A DNA stretch of 64,000 nucleotides from Minisyncoccota bacterium (GCA_009991965.1 JAACWQ010000003.1:15274-79273), one strand, 5' to 3'; shown: positions 9,513 to 19,431, numbered from the stretch's first letter. The notes: generated by a model from the sequence alone, not told the origin. Numbers and translations: made by a program.

Positions 9513-10109
9513 CTAGCGACCTCTGATATAGAGAATTATCCGCACAATAGTGCCAGAGATTTGCTCGTCACCAGCTTGTATCTGCAGTTTTTCTTGTGGA
9601 ATTTGGAAGGCATCGATCGCATATTTTCTAGAATCAGTATCAACAGCGGACCAATTCATGCCTCTACCTACTAAGCTATAGTCTCTGTTCGTATCATTAT
9701 ATTTTTGACCATTTACCACAAGCCTTCCCTGAGTATATTGGCCAAGTATCAGATATAAACTATACCAGTCATTTGAAAACTCATACTCAATTTTTGCTTG
9801 GTCACTTGGCCAGTTTGCTCGTAATTCATCAATCGTTCTGTTACTTTGAAAAACAGTTACGATCCCACAACGGGCATTGAACCACTCCCAACATTCTATA
9901 TTTTCGCCAGTGCCATATATTTTTTTTGACCCCAATGCTTCACGCAACAATATAACTTTTTGCTGCTCAGCTGTATGAAAGTTCATCCATAACTTACTTG
10001 GATTAGCAGGATAAGCAAATATATATACGCCTGCAACAAAAACCGCAAATAAAATTGCGGCTAAACAGCTAATACCTAGTATCAGTGTTACTTTTGATAG
10101 TAATTTCAT
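9513..10109 (-). CDS. Membrane-anchored or exported hypothetical protein
   Basis: ATG 10109 is followed by an N-terminal TM helix and a soluble domain with a Cys pair; AT-rich. Confidence 0.6.
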   Translation of the reverse strand: MKLLSKVTLILGISCLAAILFAVFVAGVYIFAYPANPSKLWMNFHTAEQQKVILLREALGSKKIYGTGENIECWEWFNARCGIVTVFQSNRTIDELRANWPSDQAKIEYEFSNDWYSLYLILGQYTQGRLVVNGQKYNDTNRDYSLVGRGMNWSAVDTDSRKYAIDAFQIPQEKLQIQAGDEQISGTIVRIILYIRGR

Positions 10110-10446
10110 TTGTCGGTGTTGTGAAATGAAATCATAACTGATATTCAGATACAAAAGCCTATAGCTTTAGACAGTGCTGATATAACCAAATTTAGTTTAA
10201 CTTAATTTTGAAAAATTGGAATAGTTAGTAAAATCCAATTGTTACCAAAATAGTCTTTAAAACCAAGTATCTAAATCAAAACGCTACTAACCTCAACTGA
10301 TATGTGAGCTTTTGACCTCCTTTTTTACTTTTTTTATACATTGTCTGTTCTGATAAAATTATTGACTTGATTTTCTATTTCTATAACTGTGCAAATGTAA
10401 GTATCCCAAAATTCTAAGTGCAAAACAAGTTGAATAATAAGCCTTG

Positions 10447-10520
10447 TCGGGGTGACAGGACTCGAACCTGCGATCTCGCGACCCCCAGCCGCGCATTCTA
10501 GCCATCTGAACTACACCCCG
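10447..10520 (-). tRNA. tRNA-Pro (GGG), CCA not encoded
   Basis: Minus strand reads CGGGGTG TAGTTCAGATGGCTAGAAT GCGCGG CT GGG GG TCGCG AGATC GCAGG TTCGAGT CCTGT CACCCCG A, followed by CAA. Confidence 0.96.
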
Positions 10521-10640
10521 TTTTGACCCGTTGCACAATTCTACACTTTACGTAAGAGTTGGAATGTACTATACATCCTAGTACAAAGTAATTATAGTAA
10601 AAAAACCCAAAAGTCACGCCTGCCAAGCAAAGGAACTATT

Positions 10641-11687
10641 ATGACAAAACTACCAATCAAAAAAGAAACTGTAGAAGCACCTGTAAGCGACGAACAGGCC
10701 GCAAAAAGACAGGCCGTTTCTATCGCTATGCAGCAAATTGAGAAAGAGTTTGGCAAAGGCTCGATTATGAAAATGGGCGACTCTCTCAAACACATGGCAA
10801 CCATGCCAGTGATCTCTTCTGGCTCCTTAGCACTCAACTTGGCCTTGGGTGTTGGTGGCTATCCCAAAGGCAGAATTATTGAAGTATATGGTCCAGAGGC
10901 ATCGGGCAAAACCACACTTTGTCTGCATGCAATTGCAGCTGTGCAAAAGCAAGGTGGCACCGCAGCCTTTGTAGACGTAGAGCACGCGCTTGATCCACAG
11001 CGCGCAAGAAGGATTGGCGTCAATCTTGATGAATTATTGATTTCACAACCAGACTATGGAGAACAAGCACTCGAGATTGCTGAGACGTTAATTCGCTCTG
11101 GAGGTGTGGATATTGTTGTTATCGACTCTGTCGCAGCCCTGGTGCCAAAATCAGAGATTGAGGGAGAAATGGGCGATGCCCAAATGGGCGTGCAAGCGCG
11201 ACTTATGTCTCAGGCTATGCGTAAATTGACCGCTGCTATCAGCAGAACCAATACACTGGTGATGTTTACCAATCAAATTCGGATGAAAATTGGTGTCATG
11301 TTTGGCAGTCCAGAAACAACCACTGGTGGTAATGCACTCAAATTTTATGCCACACAACGATTAGACATTCGCAAAATCGGCAACATCCAAGAAGGTGAAA
11401 AAGTCGTCGGCAGTCGTCACCGTGTTCGAGTTAAGAAAAATAAGGTTGCACCGCCATTCCAAGTGGCCGAGTTTGACATGGACGAAAATGGTATTTCCAT
11501 GACCGGAGATACAGTAGACATCGGTGCGCTAGAAAATGTTATAGAAAAGAGTGGCAGTTTCTATAAGTATGGTGGCGAGGTGCTTGCGCAAGGTCGTGAA
11601 GCGACCAAAGCATACCTGGCTGAACACCCAGATTTACTCAAGAAAATACAAAAAGAAATCTGGCAAAAAATTAAGCAGTCTGATTGA
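10641..11687 (+). CDS. recA: Recombinase RecA
   Basis: 'GPEASGKTT', 'DSVAALVPK', '[11 protein letters not shown]', 'GGNALKFY', 'KNKVAPPF'. Confidence 0.99.
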   Translation: MTKLPIKKETVEAPVSDEQAAKRQAVSIAMQQIEKEFGKGSIMKMGDSLKHMATMPVISSGSLALNLALGVGGYPKGRIIEVYGPEASGKTTLCLHAIAAVQKQGGTAAFVDVEHALDPQRARRIGVNLDELLISQPDYGEQALEIAETLIRSGGVDIVVIDSVAALVPKSEIEGEMGDAQMGVQARLMSQAMRKLTAAISRTNTLVMFTNQIRMKIGVMFGSPETTTGGNALKFYATQRLDIRKIGNIQEGEKVVGSRHRVRVKKNKVAPPFQVAEFDMDENGISMTGDTVDIGALENVIEKSGSFYKYGGEVLAQGREATKAYLAEHPDLLKKIQKEIWQKIKQSD

Positions 11688-11712
11688 CTCGCTGCCACTT
11701 TGGCAGTACAAT
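11684..11712 (+). promoter_or_regulatory. Sigma70-type promoter upstream of the rny leader
   Basis: TTGACT (11684-11689), 17-nt spacer, TACAAT (11707-11712); the spacer contains the palindrome CTGCCA-CTT-TGGCAG. Confidence 0.7.
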
Positions 11713-11716
11713 CGGA

Positions 11717-11880
11717 GGCACATTCCTACAAGAACGTAGAGAAAGTAAAAGTAAAAATTGTCCTTATGAATCAATACTTTGTGCCTATTCAACCCGCGCT
11801 AACCAAGTAACGTTCAGTCGTACTGCGCATTGATTCTCAATCTACTTTTATTTTTTCCTCTTGAGGTTTGTTATAGAAAC
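11717..11880 (+). ncRNA. Candidate structured RNA or long 5' leader of rny
   Basis: Nested complements TAAAAGTA(11746)/TACTTTTA(11843) and GAATCAAT(11768)/ATTGATTC(11829), plus AGGCACA(11716)/TGTGCCT(11780). Confidence 0.4.
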
Positions 11881-11896
11881 ACAGACAAGGAGTCTT

Positions 11897-13429
11897 ATGT
11901 CATTATTTAGTAATCTCTCGTCCCTCTTCGGGCCTCAGACGCAGCAGCAGCAAAATTTGAAAAAGCCAGCGGTGTCGGTGCCCCCAGTAACACCACTTGC
12001 ACGAAAGAAACAACAGCCAGCCCCCCAAGTAGACCGCAATTCACAAGATAAAGCTCGTGAGATCATCGTCGAAGCCAAAGCAGAAGCACTCGCTATTCGT
12101 AGCAAAGCTGAGCGCGATACACAAGAAAGTGCCAGAAATCTCGAAGATCAACAACGACAACTCAATCAGAAACTAGACCGCATTGACGAACGTCTCTCCA
12201 GTATGGACAAGCGAGAGCGTGATCTCGAAAAAAGTCGAGCGGATTTAGACACAGCGGCGCAGGATCTGAAACTCGAGCGCGATAAACTCACAAAAAAATT
12301 GGAGAGCGTTGCAGAATTAACCAGAGAAGAAGCACGTAAGTCGCTCTTCGCTGATCTCGATGAGCAGCTCAGCAAAGAGAAAGCTCGTTTTGTTCGACAA
12401 AAAGAAGAAGAGGCCAAAGAAGAAGCAGAAGGAAAGGTGCAAGAGATTTTGATCGATGCCATGAAACATGGCGCTACCGATTATGTGCCAGAGTACACCA
12501 TCTCCGTTGTCCAACTACCTTCCGAAGAAATCAAAGGCAAGATCATTGGCAAGTCCGGTCGAAACATCAATGCCTTCGAACACGAGACTGGCGTCGATGT
12601 CGACCTCGATACTTCACCAACCGAAGTTCGCCTCTCTTGTTTTGATCCCGTCCGAAGAGAAATTGCGCGCATTACCCTCGAGCGATTAATCAAAGATGGC
12701 CGTATCCAACCGACACGTATCGAAGAAGTGGTTGCAAAAGTACGACAAGAAATCGACAAAGTTACCTTTGAAGCTGGCAAAAAACTTTGCCACGATCTTG
12801 GCGTATATAACTTGCCAGTCGATCTTATGCGCATGTTGGGTAAGTTCAAGTTCCGATTCTCATACGGTCAAAATATGATTGCTCATACACTTGAAGAAAC
12901 AAAAATCGGTGTCAAGCTCGCGAGCGAACTTGGACTCGACGTCAACACCGTCAAACTCGGTTGTTTGCTGCACGACATTGGTAAAGTTTCAGAAGAGTCT
13001 GAAGGTAGTCACGTAGAGCTCGGTGTCAAAATTGCCGAACAATTCAAATTGCCACAGGCAGTGATTGATGGTATTGCGCAACACCATGAAGACGAGCCGT
13101 TCTCTGGTCCAGAGCAAGTACTTGTCTACATCGCTGATGCGATCTCTGGCGCCCGACCAGGCGCTCGCTACGAAAACTACGATGCATACGTCAAACGCTT
13201 ACAGCAGCTTGAGGAAATTGCGACCCAATACCCACAAGTTAAGCAGGCATACGCAATCCAAGCAGGGCGAGAGGTCCGCGTCATACTCATGCCAGAACAA
13301 TCGAAAGATGATGACGTGACTGTTCTGAGTTCAAAAATTCGAGATGAGATCAAGGCTAGCATGACTTATCCAGGTACTGTGACCGTTTCTGTTATCAGAG
13401 AAGTCAGAGGGCAAGCAGTCGCAACCTAA
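11897..13429 (+). CDS. rny: Ribonuclease Y
   Basis: Coiled coil, KH 'KGKIIGKSGRNI', HD 'LLHDIGK', 'DAISGARPGAR', 'AIQAGREVRV'; SD AAGGAG before ATG 11897. Confidence 0.97.
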   Translation: MSLFSNLSSLFGPQTQQQQNLKKPAVSVPPVTPLARKKQQPAPQVDRNSQDKAREIIVEAKAEALAIRSKAERDTQESARNLEDQQRQLNQKLDRIDERLSSMDKRERDLEKSRADLDTAAQDLKLERDKLTKKLESVAELTREEARKSLFADLDEQLSKEKARFVRQKEEEAKEEAEGKVQEILIDAMKHGATDYVPEYTISVVQLPSEEIKGKIIGKSGRNINAFEHETGVDVDLDTSPTEVRLSCFDPVRREIARITLERLIKDGRIQPTRIEEVVAKVRQEIDKVTFEAGKKLCHDLGVYNLPVDLMRMLGKFKFRFSYGQNMIAHTLEETKIGVKLASELGLDVNTVKLGCLLHDIGKVSEESEGSHVELGVKIAEQFKLPQAVIDGIAQHHEDEPFSGPEQVLVYIADAISGARPGARYENYDAYVKRLQQLEEIATQYPQVKQAYAIQAGREVRVILMPEQSKDDDVTVLSSKIRDEIKASMTYPGTVTVSVIREVRGQAVAT

Positions 13430-13458
13430 GCGTTGTGCGCTATACTAGAAAGTAGGGT

Positions 13459-13677
13459 ATGAAAGAATTTTGGCTCGCACTACAAGTAGTTGTTTCAATC
13501 TTTTTGATTGCAGCAATCCTCTTGCAAGCCCAAGACTCTGGTCTCGGAGCAACTTGGGGTGGCGGTGGTGAAACCTACCATACACGCAGGGGGTTGGAAA
13601 AAGTTCTGTTTTACCTGACAATAGCTGGAGTGGTTCTTTTTATTACCGCAGCCCTCGGGGTTGTATCCACTCGTTAG
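13459..13677 (+). CDS. secG: Preprotein translocase subunit SecG
   Basis: Two TM helices flanking 'ILLQ..GLGATWGG..TRRGLEK'. Confidence 0.92.
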   Translation: MKEFWLALQVVVSIFLIAAILLQAQDSGLGATWGGGGETYHTRRGLEKVLFYLTIAGVVLFITAALGVVSTR

Positions 13678-13683
13678 ACATTT

Positions 13684-15087
13684 ATGCGCAAAGCGTACTG
13701 GTATTTGAGCGCGTACATCCGTAAACGCGGATTAATGGTTGTTGCTTCACTCGCGATAGCTATCGGATTTTTTTCTTTTGTCGTCCCTACCATCGCTACT
13801 CGACTAGAAAAGCGAGAACAATTTTATATTGGCATTATCGGTCAATACACCATTTATTCTTTGCCAGACATAGTAACTGATCAACTGAGTGTAGGACTCA
13901 CCGCCATAACCGGAAATGGTGGCGTGGTTCCCGTTTTAGCTAAACGCTGGGCAGTTGAACAAGGCGGGAAAACATACCGTTTTGTTCTCAAGGATGATCT
14001 CAAGTGGAGTGATGGAAGCAAGATCAAGCCAGAAGAAATTCAATTTAACCTCAAAGATACTACCGTTGCTACGACTGCGAATGATCTTATTTTCCAACTA
14101 CCTGCAGAATTTTCTCCCTTTCCTAGCCTGGTCGCGAAACCATTGCTGAAAATGTCGGAACAAAAAGTACCGTTTGCACGCAACAGACCACTCCCCGTTG
14201 GCATCGGCTCATATCGAATAAGTGATTACCATACACACAATAATCAACTCAAAGAGCTCGTCATTGATAGTGAAAAAGAACGATACATTTATCGTTTCTA
14301 CCAAACTGAGGAAGACGCAGAGACAGCGTTTAAACAGGGAAAAATTGACCTTTTGTTAGACTTGGTTCGGAAACATGAGATCTACGAGTGGCCAACCACA
14401 ACAACAACCAAGCGATTGAACGATAATCAATATGTTGCGCTCTTTTTTAATATGCAAGATCCACTGATGGCAAAAAATACTCGCCAAGTACTATCGTATA
14501 TAACAAGCAAACCAAGCGATGCTTCTCGAGCAATTGGGCCCATCAGTTCTAATTCTTGGGCATATCTATCGGGAGGAAAAGATTACGAAAAAGATTGGGA
14601 TCGAGCAGTCGAACGTTTGTTTGATGACGCCCCACAACTACCACTTATTTTTACCCTTACGACCACACAAACCTTTGCCGAACGAGCCGAGAGTATAAAA
14701 ACAGAATGGGAAGAATTTGGCGTCTACGCAGAGGAACAATGTGCGTCGGCAAAAGCAATAGAAAACAAAGACTTGTGCGCAAATATGCGCATCAAAGTAA
14801 CGCTAAAAATTTCTAACTTTCCCGACACCAATGACTTCCAACTGCTCCTCATCGGCCAAGAATCTCCTCCCGACCCTGACCAATATCATCTGTGGCACTC
14901 TGACCAAAACACCAACTTTACCCACTATAAAAATACGCGCATCGACAACTTGCTGGAAAAAGGCCGACAAACTTTTGAAGAGTCAGAGAGAAAACAAATC
15001 TATCAAGAATTTCAACAATTTATTCTCGAAGATCCTCCGGCAATTTTCTTGGAGCACTTGCTTACCTACGACGTCAGTCGTAAATAA
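13684..15087 (+). CDS. ABC transporter substrate-binding protein, family 5 (OppA-like)
   Basis: N-terminal TM anchor, 'LAKRW..GKTYRFVLKDDLKWSDG', 'PDPDQYHLWHS', 'DNLLEKGR..Y.EFQ'. Confidence 0.85.
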   Translation: MRKAYWYLSAYIRKRGLMVVASLAIAIGFFSFVVPTIATRLEKREQFYIGIIGQYTIYSLPDIVTDQLSVGLTAITGNGGVVPVLAKRWAVEQGGKTYRFVLKDDLKWSDGSKIKPEEIQFNLKDTTVATTANDLIFQLPAEFSPFPSLVAKPLLKMSEQKVPFARNRPLPVGIGSYRISDYHTHNNQLKELVIDSEKERYIYRFYQTEEDAETAFKQGKIDLLLDLVRKHEIYEWPTTTTTKRLNDNQYVALFFNMQDPLMAKNTRQVLSYITSKPSDASRAIGPISSNSWAYLSGGKDYEKDWDRAVERLFDDAPQLPLIFTLTTTQTFAERAESIKTEWEEFGVYAEEQCASAKAIENKDLCANMRIKVTLKISNFPDTNDFQLLLIGQESPPDPDQYHLWHSDQNTNFTHYKNTRIDNLLEKGRQTFEESERKQIYQEFQQFILEDPPAIFLEHLLTYDVSRK

Positions 15088-17322
15088 TCAGAGATGTCTG
15101 CGCCATTTGCGGAAAAGCTCAAACGCACGCGTCATCCAATACCATTGTGTCAGCGGAATATCTTGTGCTTCTAGGTACTGTACTTCTCTGCCCCCAAATC
15201 CGCGCTTGAAGAGCGATACGCCTGCAAAACGATGCGCATCCATACCTGGAGGCGCCACGCCCCACAGATTGTAACTCGTACAACCAGCTTGTTGTGCTTC
15301 AGCAATCACGCGCCACTGTACTGCGTACGCACCAGGCAACTTGCCATTTTCTGGTGTCGAAATACCATAGTGGTACACCGCCTGCTTGTGATACGTCAGC
15401 ACAAATGCGGTCGCCAACAATTGTGTGCCCTGATATGCAGAAACCAAGAAGGCCTGATTTTCTTGTGCAAAAATCTGGAACTGTTCAAATAAAAATTTGT
15501 AACTAAACGGCACAAAGTGATGTCGCTCTGCCACCAATCGCTGTTGTTCATAAAAATTTTGAATGTCCTTGGGATCGCGCGAAACTTCTGTTCGAATACC
15601 TTCGCCCTCCGTCTTTCTAATTGCTGAGCGAGTATTTTTCCGCATGCCTGCCAGAAGCTGCTCCTCACTTTGAGTAATATCTATTTCAATTGTCCGATCA
15701 GCCGTTACATGCATAGCTGCTTTGAGCGTGCCGAGCCGCGCGACTTCTGCGCGAGCTATTTCGTCGTCTACCAGCTGTGGACGAAAACGAATAAATGAGC
15801 AGTGTTGCTGCCGGACAATAGTTTTTATCTCAGAAAACATTGCTGCTACTGCCCGAGGTTCATCCCAATCGAGCACCGGACCACCAGGAAAGCTGCAGTA
15901 CGAGCCACGCCGAGCACGCTCAAAAATGCCGAGTGCTACTCCAGTCAACGATCCATTTCGATATAACCCAAGGCGAATAATTTTATTCCCCAGCCGTTCT
16001 TGAAATACCCCCCAATGCCAAGATTGTAGAAAGTTTGCCTCTGGACGATCAGCAATCCAGTTCTCCCAGATCTCTTTGTCGATAACTTCTTGAACCATGT
16101 ATTCAGGTGCTTTCTCGAGCAATTGCAGAATAGTTGTGGCCAATCGAACCGCGGTTGCCACACTCACTTGCGCATGAGTTGGAAGGGTGAAAACTGAGCG
16201 AGCAAGTTTCTCTGCTTGTGAACACGAACCAGAGTGATAGGCAGAATCCCAAACCACACTCCCACTATCAACTGCTGCGCGATACCAGCGGTCAGTGAGA
16301 TAAAAGTTGCTCTTTTTCAGATCAGCCGCTAATTGATCTGGATCTTGGACCACCAGCGGAACACGCAGAAGTGAATAAGGGCTTGTTTGCAAATCTGGAG
16401 CGAGTAAGTATTTTTTGAGTAGGCGAGCGTACACCGTCGCAATCAATGTCCGATGGTTCAACTGAGACGGCAAACGCCCCAACTGTTCCAAAACTAATTT
16501 TGCCTGGCCAACTGAGAGCTTTTCCAACACTAGAGTCATGCGGAGCACGGGGGTTGTGATAATACCGAGCTTCTGCGCTCCACGCTGCAGTACTTTACCT
16601 ATACCGAGTGAAAACGTTGCGCGAATAGAAACAGTTAGTAGCGGATACACAGCCTGTCGCCAAGTACTTCGTGAGCGTAATTGTTGCGGAGCTCGTTCAG
16701 TAGCAAGTAAACCCTGACGAAAAAGGCAGCAACCGCCAGCAACCGCATCAATTATTTTGTCTCGCCCAAATGATGTAACTAGTACATGGCCAAAACTTCC
16801 AAGCCGCCCGCCCGACGGCGCTACGCCACCAAACGCTTGCGCCAAATCTTCTATGAGCAGGAGACCGCGTTCGTCACACCAAGTGCGAATTGCTGCGACA
16901 TCAGCGGGATATCCTAACAAATGTTGGACCAAAACGACTTTTGCTTCTGGATTTTTTTCATATGCAGTTTGTAGTGTTGTGACATCTAGGTTGGGCGAAT
17001 GCTCACCGATATCGACAAATGCGGGCAGCATGTTGGCACCAATGATCGCCTCTTCTATTGCTGCACAGCTGAATGCTTGAGTCAGTACTTTCGTTCCTGG
17101 AGTGATCGGCAAGTTCTGCAGTGCAAATTGGATTGCATCTCTCCCCGTTGCAAAAAAATGGGGTTTAGAAAAATCAGGAAAGATCTCTTGTAACTTCTCG
17201 GCTAGCAAAGCTTGTGTTTCGGCACTATTAGGAGGAAATACGTACCACCAGAGTGTCTGACATGCGAACGTAAAAGAGTAGTTGGAGCCAAGACTGCCAA
17301 ACACTGGCTTGTTTTTTTTCAT
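15088..17322 (-). CDS. Fusion of a DegT/DnrJ/EryC1/StrS PLP aminotransferase and a FemABX-family peptidyltransferase
   Basis: N-half: 'ATGRDAI', 'IEDLAQAFG', 'SFGRDK', 'TLPTH'. C-half: 'FLQSWHWG', 'MRKNTRSAIRK', 'YNLWG', 'GVSLFKRGFGG'. ATG 17322 overlaps the murF stop. Confidence 0.88.
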   Translation of the reverse strand: MKKNKPVFGSLGSNYSFTFACQTLWWYVFPPNSAETQALLAEKLQEIFPDFSKPHFFATGRDAIQFALQNLPITPGTKVLTQAFSCAAIEEAIIGANMLPAFVDIGEHSPNLDVTTLQTAYEKNPEAKVVLVQHLLGYPADVAAIRTWCDERGLLLIEDLAQAFGGVAPSGGRLGSFGHVLVTSFGRDKIIDAVAGGCCLFRQGLLATERAPQQLRSRSTWRQAVYPLLTVSIRATFSLGIGKVLQRGAQKLGIITTPVLRMTLVLEKLSVGQAKLVLEQLGRLPSQLNHRTLIATVYARLLKKYLLAPDLQTSPYSLLRVPLVVQDPDQLAADLKKSNFYLTDRWYRAAVDSGSVVWDSAYHSGSCSQAEKLARSVFTLPTHAQVSVATAVRLATTILQLLEKAPEYMVQEVIDKEIWENWIADRPEANFLQSWHWGVFQERLGNKIIRLGLYRNGSLTGVALGIFERARRGSYCSFPGGPVLDWDEPRAVAAMFSEIKTIVRQQHCSFIRFRPQLVDDEIARAEVARLGTLKAAMHVTADRTIEIDITQSEEQLLAGMRKNTRSAIRKTEGEGIRTEVSRDPKDIQNFYEQQRLVAERHHFVPFSYKFLFEQFQIFAQENQAFLVSAYQGTQLLATAFVLTYHKQAVYHYGISTPENGKLPGAYAVQWRVIAEAQQAGCTSYNLWGVAPPGMDAHRFAGVSLFKRGFGGREVQYLEAQDIPLTQWYWMTRAFELFRKWRRHL

Positions 17323-18728
17323 AGTATCTTTACTAGCCACTGTGGCATCCGCCCTTCAACTAATACTACCGTGTCTGCAGAAAGTGTCTGTATTCGCTGC
17401 AGTATTTCTGCTCTACTCGCAAACAATGTTGTAGCGAATTGTTTTGCAAATGCTTGTTTGCCAGCTTCCCCAAGATACCAAACTTCGCTGACATAGGCCG
17501 TAGCTTCGTGCGCCAGCTTGGTGTGCACTTTTCCTGATTCTGTTCCCAAGTCGATAATACCAGAGGTAAGTAAGATTTTTCTTGGAGCGACTTGCTGTCC
17601 AAGCAACTGCAATGCAGCCGAAAAACCATCTGGATTGCTCGTGCCCCCATCATCGATAATACGTGTGCCCGATTTTGTTGTACGCGTACGGATCCATTTT
17701 TCAGTGGGGACAAATGACTCCAGGCGAGTAGTAATTTGCTTCTCAGACAGGCCAAAATTTTGTGCTACAGCACGTACCGCCCGTATTGTATTTCCATAGT
17801 GATCACCAATGATTGCTGTTGTCACCTTTGGACCCTTGGCCAACCAAGTTTTTTCTACCTGCAGGGAGGCATGATTTTTAACCGCAGCAACAATCTTCAA
17901 AGCAGATTCATTGACACAATATACTTTCGCTTTTTCTGGCAGTGCTTCAAGCAACTCAGCTTTTGCCTGTGCAATTCTTTCTTGTGATCCAAAAAGCTCA
18001 AGATGTTGTTTTCCTAGCCCCGTCAGAATCGCAAGATCTGGTGGCAATACTGCAGTTAATCGAGCAATTTCTCCCGGACAATACGCTGCGTACTCCAAGA
18101 CCAATGTCTTAGCTGTTCCCAAATTTTTTAGTAAATAACGTGCAATTCCCAGTGCGGTATTGACTGATCCAGGCGTCGTACAAACACTCCCTCGCTCAGC
18201 TAAAACATGAGCCAACAATTGTTTGGTTGTTGTTTTACCGAAACTGCCAGTAATTCCAATTATGAAAACTTTTTTTGCGCGCAACAGATCCCGTACGCGA
18301 TGAAGATAATACGTCGTGAGTAACCAAACGACCCCATTCATGGCAATCGCCAAAAACAACAAAACTACCGGTGTGAAGAAATAGAGCAACACAGGTAATA
18401 CAAATAAACGACCTACTACCAAGGCTGGCACCGCAGTCAGCCAAGGGATTAACAGGTAGATGCTCAAAGTAACAAACAATAAACAGGAAACCAGCAGAAG
18501 CTTGACCCGCAGCGTTTTTACCGGACGCTTAAAAGTCATTGGTCGAACGAGGGCTAGAGAAGGCAGCAAATGTAAAATAACTTGACGACCAGAGAGTGAG
18601 TTCAGGTGTGCGTGCAGACGATCAAGTCGATACTCTTTTTGTTGTAGCAAACCAGACCACCATAGTAGCCCTGCGAAAAAATGTATCGACCAGCCAAACA
18701 AATAAAAAAGAAAAATTACGCTAAGCAT
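17319..18728 (-). CDS. murF: MurF-like Mur ligase with N-terminal membrane segments
   Basis: 'GITGSFGKTTTK', 'SVNTALG', 'QHLELFGS..AKAEL', 'IIDDGGTSNPDG', 'GIIDLG'. Confidence 0.8.
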   Translation of the reverse strand: MLSVIFLFYLFGWSIHFFAGLLWWSGLLQQKEYRLDRLHAHLNSLSGRQVILHLLPSLALVRPMTFKRPVKTLRVKLLLVSCLLFVTLSIYLLIPWLTAVPALVVGRLFVLPVLLYFFTPVVLLFLAIAMNGVVWLLTTYYLHRVRDLLRAKKVFIIGITGSFGKTTTKQLLAHVLAERGSVCTTPGSVNTALGIARYLLKNLGTAKTLVLEYAAYCPGEIARLTAVLPPDLAILTGLGKQHLELFGSQERIAQAKAELLEALPEKAKVYCVNESALKIVAAVKNHASLQVEKTWLAKGPKVTTAIIGDHYGNTIRAVRAVAQNFGLSEKQITTRLESFVPTEKWIRTRTTKSGTRIIDDGGTSNPDGFSAALQLLGQQVAPRKILLTSGIIDLGTESGKVHTKLAHEATAYVSEVWYLGEAGKQAFAKQFATTLFASRAEILQRIQTLSADTVVLVEGRMPQWLVKIL

Positions 18729-19431
18729 GTACTGCCTCTAGGATAAGCGCAGCGACTTTTTCTGGGTGGGTAAATGGCGACCCGTGTCTCGCGCCTGTAA
18801 TTAGTTGCAGCTTAGCATTTGGGATCCCCGCAAGCAGCCGATCGGCAAACTCCATCGGAGTAATGTTGTCATTTTCTCCCCAGATTACGGTGGTCGGAGC
18901 AACAATGTTTTTGAGCTCAGAATCGACCTCATGCTCGATCACTCTACGCATCGTTTCACGCATCATCGTATTTGCTTCTAGGTAATCTCGCTCGCCCGCC
19001 ATTCTATGTAGTAGCTGGCGTAGTGTGCCAGAAGTTGACAGTTTCTTTCCAAGTTTTGCCAAATGATAAAAGCCGTTTCGTTTTAATCGAGCAGAGAGGC
19101 TGTGGGAGCGAAAACCAGCGCTAGAGATTAAAATTAATGTTTGCACTTGCTGAGGAAAACGTGCGGCGTATGTAGTAGCCAGGTGTCCACCAAATGAGTG
19201 ACCAACGAGAACAAAATTTTGCTTGCCAACCAGCTGCTGCAAAAGCCACTGGACATATTCATCAACTCCCCAGGGCTGCTCGAGCGGTAATTCAAAACCA
19301 GGTAGTTTTAAAACAGATGCACGGACACCAGCCTCCTGTAGTAACCGAACTACTGGCTGCCACTTGGCGCTGGGAGCTGCGTCTCTTGACCATCCGTGGA
19401 GAATAATGACTTCTGGCGCTGTACTCGACAT
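18721..19431 (-). CDS. Alpha/beta hydrolase
   Basis: 'ILHGW', nucleophile elbow 'GHSFGG', 'WGENDNITP', 'GARH'; TATAAT 6 nt before ATG 19431. Confidence 0.9.
   Translation of the reverse strand: MSSTAPEVIILHGWSRDAAPSAKWQPVVRLLQEAGVRASVLKLPGFELPLEQPWGVDEYVQWLLQQLVGKQNFVLVGHSFGGHLATTYAARFPQQVQTLILISSAGFRSHSLSARLKRNGFYHLAKLGKKLSTSGTLRQLLHRMAGERDYLEANTMMRETMRRVIEHEVDSELKNIVAPTTVIWGENDNITPMEFADRLLAGIPNAKLQLITGARHGSPFTHPEKVAALILEAVHA

Noticed and set aside
9438-9674. 78-aa plus-strand ORF in the islet
   Set aside because: It overlaps the minus-strand gene and the hicB promoter, has a weak GTG start and shows no motifs.
10155-10446. AT-rich gap as an origin of replication or att site
   Set aside because: No clustered DnaA boxes, no dnaA or dnaN nearby, and no duplicate of the tRNA 3' end was found by eye.
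10641-11687. Inteins or introns in recA (also checked in rpoB and rpoC)
   Set aside because: Lengths are normal, motifs are contiguous, and no splice-junction signatures were seen.
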